Positions 57,522 to 64,000 of a stretch of 64,000 bases of DNA are shown here, piece after piece. The notes beneath the pieces were generated by a model. That model saw nothing but the letters and a program-made list of their open reading frames with translations. It made no database searches and was not told the origin of the DNA. Location: the NCBI GenBank assembly GCA_046260395.1, contig JBHEPH010000004.1, positions 5,463 to 69,462 on the forward strand, written 5' to 3'. The translations under genes and the position numbers were made by a program. The first letter of the stretch is position 1. The number at the start of each line of letters is the position of its first letter. This DNA is from Gemmatimonadales bacterium. GTDB taxonomy: Bacteria > Gemmatimonadota > Gemmatimonadetes > Gemmatimonadales > GWC2-71-9.

Positions 57522-59237
57522 TCAGCGTGGCGCAACCTCGGGGAGGCCGGACACCAGTTCCCTGATCTGGGCTTCCACCATGGCCACCAGGTCGGCGATC
57601 CGCGCCTGGTCAAAGGTCAACTCCGCCCCGGCGGCCTGGTAGAGCTCCGGCAGCGGCCTGGTGGCCCCGAGGGAGAGGAACCGGCGATAGCCGGCCAGGG
57701 CCTCCGCCGGGTCCGCCAGGCTCCGGGCCCACACCTGGAGCGCCCCAAGCTGGGCGATGCCGTATTCGATGTAGTAGAACGGGTACAGGAAGATGTGCAA
57801 CTGACGGTACCACCGCGCAATGCGCTCCTCGCGCAGACCGGTCCAGTCCACCCCCGGCTCGAAGCGTGCCCGCAAGGCCAGCCAATGATCATCCCGCGCG
57901 GCGGGGTCGCCGCCGCCCGGGTTGGTGTAGAGCCAGGTCTGGAAGGCGTCCACTGAGGCGATGTGGGCCAGTGAAAGCAGGACATCCTCGAGGTGGGCAA
58001 TCTGGGCGCGTCGCTGGCCCACCGCGTCGAGAAACCCGTCGGGAGGGCCGAGGTGTGGCGCCGCCAGCAGTTCCATGGACATCGACGCCAGCTCGGCCGA
58101 CTCGGAGCCCGGATGCCGCTGCCAGATCAGCGGCCACCGGTGCGAGGCGAAGGCGTGAAAGCAGTGGCCGGCCTCGTGCAGCAGCGTGGTGACGTCCTCC
58201 ATCACGCCCGAGGCGTTCATGAAGATGAACGGCCGCCCGCGGAAGTGGAGGGTGTCGCAGTACCCGCCCGGCGCCTTCCCCTCCCGGCTGTCCAGGTCGA
58301 GGAGTTGCTCGGCCACCATCGCGTCGAACTCCTCCGCCAGCGCAGGATCCACACGACGGAACACCTGGGCTGCCGTGGCGGCCAGATCCGCACCATCGGT
58401 GAACGGCTGGAGCGGCTGGTCCCCCCACGGGTCGACGGCGAGATCCCAGGGGCGCAGCACCGGGAGGCCCAGTCGCTCCCGCCGCAGGGTCAGCACCCGG
58501 TCGATCGCGGGAACCACCGACGCCTCCACCGCGGCGTGAAACCGCTCACAGTCGGCCGGCGTGTAGTCGACGCGGCACTTGGCCGTGAAGGCGTAGTCCC
58601 GATAGTCCGCAAAGCCTGCCTGGCGCGCGGCGCGTTGGCGAAGGGTGTGCATGGTGTCGAACAGGCCAGCCAGCGCGCCGCGTTCCTCGACATAGGGCTG
58701 TGTGGTGGCCCGCCACGCCCGCTCGCGCACCACCCGATCCCGTGCCTGCAGGTGGGGCGCCAGCATCGGAAGGGGGCGGCGCTTCCCCTCCCACTCCGCG
58801 GTCATGCCCCCGGTGATCCGCTGGTACGACGCGGAGTGTTCCTCCAATTCGGCGAAGAGCGGCACATTGGCTTCCCGGAAGACCTTGATCGCCGTCCGGA
58901 ATCGCACCATCGGCACCTCGAAGTCCCGATCCGTCCATCCGGAGGCCACCAGGGCCCGGGCCAGCACGACCGACTGTTCCTCCGCCCGGGGCAGGATGTC
59001 GGAGGAGAAGCGCAGGTGAGCGCGCCCCTTCGACGCATCCGCGGTATCGCAGGTGTAGGCGATCATCGCCAGGGAGGCCGCCTCGGTCAGGCACGCCTCC
59101 AGCCGGGACCACCGCGCCAGCCAGGCGGGGACGTCGGCGGGGGACGTCGGCGCCGGGTGCAGCGCCTCGTACAGGGCCGCCACCTCGGGCCAACCAGCCC
59201 CAGCCAGGTCGGTGGGCAGCAGGGTGTCGAGGTGCAT
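57522..59237 (-). CDS. pepF: M3-family oligoendopeptidase (PepF-like)
   Basis: 571 aa with zinc site HEAGHCFH and a downstream E ligand region. The start overlaps the MFS stop by 1 nt. Confidence 0.85.
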   Translation of the reverse strand: MHLDTLLPTDLAGAGWPEVAALYEALHPAPTSPADVPAWLARWSRLEACLTEAASLAMIAYTCDTADASKGRAHLRFSSDILPRAEEQSVVLARALVASGWTDRDFEVPMVRFRTAIKVFREANVPLFAELEEHSASYQRITGGMTAEWEGKRRPLPMLAPHLQARDRVVRERAWRATTQPYVEERGALAGLFDTMHTLRQRAARQAGFADYRDYAFTAKCRVDYTPADCERFHAAVEASVVPAIDRVLTLRRERLGLPVLRPWDLAVDPWGDQPLQPFTDGADLAATAAQVFRRVDPALAEEFDAMVAEQLLDLDSREGKAPGGYCDTLHFRGRPFIFMNASGVMEDVTTLLHEAGHCFHAFASHRWPLIWQRHPGSESAELASMSMELLAAPHLGPPDGFLDAVGQRRAQIAHLEDVLLSLAHIASVDAFQTWLYTNPGGGDPAARDDHWLALRARFEPGVDWTGLREERIARWYRQLHIFLYPFYYIEYGIAQLGALQVWARSLADPAEALAGYRRFLSLGATRPLPELYQAAGAELTFDQARIADLVAMVEAQIRELVSGLPEVAPR

Positions 59238-60460
59238 CAGGCGCCTCCGCCCGAGGGGGCGGGATGAAGGTCCGCCGTGGCTCGGAAGGCCAACACCCCA
59301 ACGCCGGCGACGATCAGGCCGGCGATCAGGAAGGGCGATCCATGCCCGTGGGCCCCGAATGCCCAGGTTGCGATCAATGGCGCGATGACGCGGGAGAGGC
59401 CGGCAAAGGTCTGCGCGACTCCCATTGTCATGCCCAGATCGGCGCGCGGTGTGGCCTGCGACACCAGGGAGGTCGTGGCCGGAAACAGCAGGGCGGTGCC
59501 GATCGGGACCAGCGCCATGACCGCGGCGAGGCCGATCAGGCCATTGGGGAGTGGCATCAGCAACAGGCCGATGGTCAACAGGACGGTCCCGGCGCGCATC
59601 GTGGCCACTTCCCCCAAGGCATTGATGATCGGTCCGAGCAGCAGGGAGCGCATCACCAGCGAGACGCCGCCCATGTACAGGAACACATATCCGATATTCT
59701 CGACCGTGAAGTCAAATTCCGCCTGCAGGAACAGCGTCAGCGTCGCGGTCATCGCGGTAAAGCCGAGCATGCCCGCCGCGTAGATCCAGATGAGGCGCGG
59801 CACCGGGCTCCCCGGCTGGCGAATCACCATGAGGGCCGCACGCAGGATGGGCGTGCGGGTTGGCGCGCTCGACCCGGGCGCGAGGCGCGGACGGGACTCC
59901 GGCAGCCACCGCCACGCAAAGCCGATGTTCAGGAGGCAGAGCGTCGCCGCCACGAGCCCGGGCGCCGCCTGCCCCCAGCGGGCCGCAAACGAGCCCAGCG
60001 CGGGGCCCACCATGATGCCCACGGCCGTGGCGGCCGAGAGCCATCCCAGCGCACGCGCCCTCCCCCGTGGCTCCACGGTGTCCGCCACGTAGGCCTGGGC
60101 CACCGCCGTGGTGCCGCCTCCCGCCCCCTGGACGACCCGCGAGGCCAGCAGCAGCCACAGGGAATCCGCGAATGCGAAGACCACATACGCCACCATCGCG
60201 GAACTGAGGCCGATGAGCAGGGCCGGCCGCCGGCCGTAATGGTCCGACACCCGTCCCCAGACCGGAGCAAACAGGAGCTGGGCCACCGAGAACGCCGAGA
60301 TGAGCAGCCCGACCTGAAACGGGGAGGCGTTCATCTCCAGCGCGTAGAACGGGAGGATCGGCAGGACGATGGCAAACCCGATCATGTCCACGCCGCTGGC
60401 CGCGATCAGGACCCCGAGACGCCGCAGTTCGTCGCGCTGGCTCGATGGAGTGCTGCTCAC
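59237..60460 (-). CDS. MFS transporter (drug/H+ antiporter-like, 12 TM)
   Basis: 407 aa with 12 predicted TM helices. MFS motif A is GRVSDHYGRRP. Confidence 0.8.
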   Translation of the reverse strand: MSSTPSSQRDELRRLGVLIAASGVDMIGFAIVLPILPFYALEMNASPFQVGLLISAFSVAQLLFAPVWGRVSDHYGRRPALLIGLSSAMVAYVVFAFADSLWLLLASRVVQGAGGGTTAVAQAYVADTVEPRGRARALGWLSAATAVGIMVGPALGSFAARWGQAAPGLVAATLCLLNIGFAWRWLPESRPRLAPGSSAPTRTPILRAALMVIRQPGSPVPRLIWIYAAGMLGFTAMTATLTLFLQAEFDFTVENIGYVFLYMGGVSLVMRSLLLGPIINALGEVATMRAGTVLLTIGLLLMPLPNGLIGLAAVMALVPIGTALLFPATTSLVSQATPRADLGMTMGVAQTFAGLSRVIAPLIATWAFGAHGHGSPFLIAGLIVAGVGVLAFRATADLHPAPSGGGA

Positions 60461-60499
60461 GCGGGCACTCGGTGCCCTGCCGACGGGGTGTCTGGCTGG

Positions 60500-62902
60500 T
60501 CAGGGGTTGGCAGTGGGATGGTCGTACTCCAGCAGGTTCAGGAACAACCGCAGGGCACCCGGCACGGCAGCCGGCAGTTGGCGGAAAAAGCTCAGTCCCG
60601 TGTAAATGTAAGTCCCCGCTCCGACGCGGGTGGCCAGCAGCCCGCCGGCCAGTGGGGGCTCCCCCGGGTCGCTGGTGTGCAGGAAGGTATCCCACGCCGG
60701 ATCCCAGGAGGTCGCGAAGTAGAGGCCGCGCTCCTGCACCCAGCCGTCCCAGTCGGCCTCGGTCATCCTGTTGGGGCCGCTGAACGGGGGACGATCCGGG
60801 CGAAGCACGTGGATCGGGGCCGATTCATCGGTGACCCGATCGTGCCCCCGCTCGGCCAGGCTCATCGGCACCGGCAGGTGGCCTCCGTTGAAGTAGGCAT
60901 GCTGCTGATACTGGACCAGCAGGCGGCCGCCGCGCTCAACCCACTCAAGGAGACGAGCCGACTGCTCCACCAGGGCCGTGTCCGTCTCGAACGCCCGGCT
61001 GCCGATGACGATCACGTCCCAGGGTGAGAAATCTCCGCGGAGCAACGCCGCCCGATCGAGCACATCGAGCGGCAGGCCCACTTCACGGAGTACCTCGGGC
61101 ACCCGGTCAGAGGCACCCCGGACGTACCCGATGCGGGCCACCCTGGGCAGGCGGACCTCGGCCAGCTGCACGGTCATCGCCGCCGGCCGGGGCAGGAGTC
61201 GCGCGGTCAGGTGGGGATAGTCAATCGTCTCCAGCCCGAGGGAGAACTCGTCACCCGTAGTGGTCCGGGCGATGGCGTGGACCTGGTAGGTCCCCGGTCG
61301 TGCGTTTGCCGCCGGGCGGACGGAAAAGGCATGGCGCCAACTCTCCTCCTCGCGGGTGAGCCTGAACGGCACCGCGGGGGAAACCGTCCAGCCAGGCGGC
61401 ACGTCGAGCCGAAGTGAGCCAACGGTGGTGTCCGGCGCACCGTGCAGGAGCGACACGGTGATCTCGTGCGCGCCACCACCCGTCCCCCAGACACCGGCGC
61501 GCGGCTCCATGCGCACATCCACCCGTGGCACCACATGGACCGGCCGCCTCACCTCTCCCACGACCTGATCCCGATACCGATAGCTGACCACCACCGGCAC
61601 CCGGTGGGTGGTGGAAGCGGCCGCCTCGACCTCGTACCACGCCTCGAGGGGGGTGGGCTCGAACGGCTCCCCCCATTCCTCGGGGGGTCCACCCCAAGCG
61701 TACACCGCAGCCCCGGGGGCCTGTTCCAGGAAGTAGGGGATCGAAAGACGCGCCGCGTCTGGCACCTGAAGTGCCACCGGACAGTGAATTACCTCGTCGG
61801 GCGCCACCGTCACCAGCCGGTCGAGGCAGTCACTGCCACGCACCCACCCGCGCAGGTCTTCACGAAGCGTGGGCCGGACGTCTGCCGCAGCATCCCCTGC
61901 GTTCCACGCCGAGAGCCGCAGGGTGACATGCTGACCGGCCACGACCCGGTCATCGGAGACGATCGCGTCGAAGATGAGGCTCGCCGCCATCGCCGCGACC
62001 CGGGCCCGGCGGAGCGCCTGCTCAGGATCGCCGGCCCGCTCGGTGGTGTCGATGCCCGACCAGAACGCTGCGCCGGCGCCGGTGCGGTCCTCCACCAATT
62101 GCAGCCGTGCGGTGGAAGGCCCGACCTCCTGCAGCGCCCCCATGTTCTGGCTGCGATGCAGGCTGCGGCTGCGCATGGCCACCTGCCGAAAGGACTGACC
62201 CACGACCCGGTCGAGCTGGCCACCGTCCAGCTCCGCCAGCGCCGCGCCGGGCTCGAACCGCGAGGAGCGATAAAACTTGAGCGGCGTGTGGGCATGCAGT
62301 CCCTCGTCGCGCTCCAGCTCCGGGAAGACCCGCGGATCGCCCGCCACCCGGAATGCCTCGGCAGCGATCCACCCGGCGGCCTGGTGGTGGCCATGGCCGT
62401 CGAGGGGCGTGCCGCTGAAGACGGAGATGAGGACCTGGGGCTGGAACCGGCGGATGATCCGCACGGCATCCTTGAGGATCGAATCGCGGGGCCAGTTGCG
62501 CCACGCCTCCTCCATCGACTTGGAGAACCCGTAGTCCGTGGCGCGGGTGAAGTACTGGCGGCCGCCATCGAGCGTCCGGGCGGCGAGGAGTTCCCCACTG
62601 CGGATCAGGCCCAGCCCCACGCCGAGCTCCTGGCCGATCAGGTTCTGGCCCCCCTCGCCCCGGGTCAGGGAAAGGTAGGCCGTTTCTGCCCCGTGGCCCC
62701 GGCTCAGGATCGTCAGGACCTCGGTATTTTCATCGTCGGGGTGGGCGGCGATCATCAGGACCCGCTTGTGATGCCCGAGCATGCGCCGCTCATGTTCGAG
62801 CGCCACCGCTCCCCCCGTGGACGGGCCGGCAACCTGGGCCGTAGTTGGCGAGACCGCTGCCGAGGCCAGGGCCAGCACGAGGGCGAGTCGGCGAAGGATC
62901 AT
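60500..62902 (-). CDS. Secreted PIG-L/LmbE-family deacetylase fused to a ThuA/class-I amidotransferase-like C-terminal domain
   Basis: Signal peptide (MILRRLALVLALASAAVSPTTAQ). The PIG-L motif is MIAAHPDDEN ... HHQAAG. The C-terminal region (VIVIGSRAFETD...GGRLLVQYQQ) resembles ThuA-like folds. Confidence 0.7.
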   Translation of the reverse strand: MILRRLALVLALASAAVSPTTAQVAGPSTGGAVALEHERRMLGHHKRVLMIAAHPDDENTEVLTILSRGHGAETAYLSLTRGEGGQNLIGQELGVGLGLIRSGELLAARTLDGGRQYFTRATDYGFSKSMEEAWRNWPRDSILKDAVRIIRRFQPQVLISVFSGTPLDGHGHHQAAGWIAAEAFRVAGDPRVFPELERDEGLHAHTPLKFYRSSRFEPGAALAELDGGQLDRVVGQSFRQVAMRSRSLHRSQNMGALQEVGPSTARLQLVEDRTGAGAAFWSGIDTTERAGDPEQALRRARVAAMAASLIFDAIVSDDRVVAGQHVTLRLSAWNAGDAAADVRPTLREDLRGWVRGSDCLDRLVTVAPDEVIHCPVALQVPDAARLSIPYFLEQAPGAAVYAWGGPPEEWGEPFEPTPLEAWYEVEAAASTTHRVPVVVSYRYRDQVVGEVRRPVHVVPRVDVRMEPRAGVWGTGGGAHEITVSLLHGAPDTTVGSLRLDVPPGWTVSPAVPFRLTREEESWRHAFSVRPAANARPGTYQVHAIARTTTGDEFSLGLETIDYPHLTARLLPRPAAMTVQLAEVRLPRVARIGYVRGASDRVPEVLREVGLPLDVLDRAALLRGDFSPWDVIVIGSRAFETDTALVEQSARLLEWVERGGRLLVQYQQHAYFNGGHLPVPMSLAERGHDRVTDESAPIHVLRPDRPPFSGPNRMTEADWDGWVQERGLYFATSWDPAWDTFLHTSDPGEPPLAGGLLATRVGAGTYIYTGLSFFRQLPAAVPGALRLFLNLLEYDHPTANP

Positions 62903-63213
62903 CCGCTCTCGTCCTCGGCATCCGGATCGGGGCGGGGCGGCCGACGGCGCGCCTGGCGCCGCCCATAGATCAGCGCCAGGAGGAAGCAGAGCAGCGAGGC
63001 CACCAGCAGCGCCTCGCCGAACCAGCCGCCACGGTCATTGAGCAGCAGGAGCATGCCCACGGACACCGAGATGGTCCCGCCGGCACGGAGGACCTCGTCA
63101 AAGTTTTCCCACGCCGTCCGTCGGCCCCAGAACACCCCGGCCCAGAGACCCAGGAGGCCCAGGGCAAGGATGGCGTACCAGATGATGATCCAGTACTGGC
63201 GGCCGACGATCAT
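62899..63213 (-). CDS. Small hypothetical membrane protein
   Basis: 104 aa with three hydrophobic helices and an Arg/Pro/Asp-rich tail. It has a 4-nt overlap with the downstream PIG-L gene. Confidence 0.5.
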   Translation of the reverse strand: MIVGRQYWIIIWYAILALGLLGLWAGVFWGRRTAWENFDEVLRAGGTISVSVGMLLLLNDRGGWFGEALLVASLLCFLLALIYGRRQARRRPPRPDPDAEDESG

Positions 63214-63282
63214 GCGGGGAAGCTCCGGATTCCGGGGAAGTTCGGCACGGATGTTACAGCCGGAAGCCCGGCAGCACCAGCG

Positions 63283-63603
63283 TCAGGCGCCACGGCTGGC
63301 CCGGCATCGGTCGCAGGGGCACGCCGCCAGGAGCTGGCTGAACGTGAAGATCCCCGTCCCATGGCCGTCGCTCCAGAGCACCCGAAGCCCGTAGGCACCA
63401 ACCAGGGCCAGTTGGACCGGTCGCACCTCCGCGGGGACCGTGGCCGGGTCCAGCAGCGGCCGGGAGGTCATTTCCTCCACGCAGCCGGCACAGGGGCAGG
63501 CCAGGCGCAGCTCCCGGGCCGGGTACAGGGCGGCGTGGCCCTCGCGGTCCCATTCCAGGTAGATCCCATCGTCCCGGCGGGTAATGGCGTGCGGTGTGGC
63601 CAT
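63283..63603 (-). CDS. DUF971-family protein (gamma-butyrobetaine hydroxylase-like N-terminal domain)
   Basis: 106 aa. YLEWDREGHAALYPARELRLACPCAGC ... LRVLWSDGHGTGIFTFSQLLAACPC matches the DUF971 two-repeat Cys pattern. Confidence 0.65.
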   Translation of the reverse strand: MATPHAITRRDDGIYLEWDREGHAALYPARELRLACPCAGCVEEMTSRPLLDPATVPAEVRPVQLALVGAYGLRVLWSDGHGTGIFTFSQLLAACPCDRCRASRGA

Positions 63604-63682
63604 GTAAGGCTCCCGATCCCCGGCAATGGTGATAGTTTACAGGACTGTCCCGCACCCCTGACCCCTGACCCGTCCGGACCTC

Positions 63683-64000
63683 ATGGCAGACCAGACCCAG
63701 AATCCCTTCGGCGCCCGTCATCAGCTCACGCTCGGCGGCCAGTCGGCCACCATCTACCGGCTGCCGGAACTCGAGCGCCAGGGACTGACCCGCCTCGACC
63801 GGCTGCCGTTCTCCGTGCGCGTCCTCCTCGAGAACGCCCTCCGCCATGCCGGTCAGGGTGCGGTGACGAGCGAGCACGTGGCACAGCTCGCCGGCTGGCA
63901 ACCGTCAGGCGTCACCGCCACGGAGTTCCCGTTCATGCCCGCCCGGGTCGTCCTCCAGGACTTCACCGGTGTCCCCTGCGTGGTGGACCTGGTGGCGATG
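63683..64000 (+). CDS. acnA: Aconitate hydratase, N-terminal part; 3' end lies outside the window
   Basis: ATG 63683, with the frame open to the window end. LPFSVRVLLENALRH ... FMPARVVLQDFTGVPCVVDLVAM is the conserved AcnA/IRP N-terminus. Confidence 0.85.
   Translation, partial: MADQTQNPFGARHQLTLGGQSATIYRLPELERQGLTRLDRLPFSVRVLLENALRHAGQGAVTSEHVAQLAGWQPSGVTATEFPFMPARVVLQDFTGVPCVVDLVAM

Overview
This is a GC-rich, gene-dense bacterial chromosomal segment; third codon positions are almost all G/C. I support about 50 protein-coding genes and recognised no rRNA, tRNA, CRISPR array, transposase or integrase. The phylum cannot be proven from the sequence. The gene content (Alternative Complex III, many lipoproteins, secreted beta-propeller/Ig/RCC1 proteins) loosely suggests Gemmatimonadota-like or related lineages, and that is inference only. 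Main blocks, in order:
- 1-5570: an RND efflux pair plus an ABC exporter.
- 5563-10417: a translationally coupled M6 protease, lipoprotein and orphan IorB-like molybdoenzyme.
- 10642-13945: a serine-palmitoyltransferase-like synthase, GNAT-fold acyltransferase and SDR reductase trio, laid out like the bacterial ceramide pathway.
- 15381-18379: a lipoprotein cupredoxin, a Cys-rich protein and an ECF sigma/anti-sigma pair.
- 18465-25842: a complete Alternative Complex III operon, actABCDEF.
- 25935-30076: a co-directional run of TrmH-family methyltransferase, atypical PilT, a hypothetical protein, a dehydrogenase and ferritin.
- 30128-31986: a ModBC-like importer without a binding protein.
- 32166-37777: a haem lipoprotein, dinB, and a TetR regulator with an acyl-CoA dehydrogenase.
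- 38218-43767: an M23/LTD peptidase with a coupled small ORF, facing a SARP-STAND-TM-TPR regulator.
- 43867-64000: queF, an RCC1 lipoprotein, gltA, speA, an S2P protease, queC/queE, a GAF-GGDEF protein, a tandem pseudokinase-kinase, csp, infA, pepF, an MFS transporter, a PIG-L fusion, DUF971 and the start of aconitase.

Most interesting observations:
- The candidate ceramide cluster.
- A family of heptad-periodic purine-rich hairpin or G-quadruplex-prone elements placed immediately after stop codons in four convergent intergenic gaps.
- An RND pump that appears to have lost TM4 with its proton-relay Asp pair.
- Two genes whose only sensible start is a CTG overlapping the upstream TGA.
- A PilT with a duplicated N-domain.
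- A frame-broken lipoprotein gene.

The many long ORFs antisense to real genes are GC-driven shadow ORFs.
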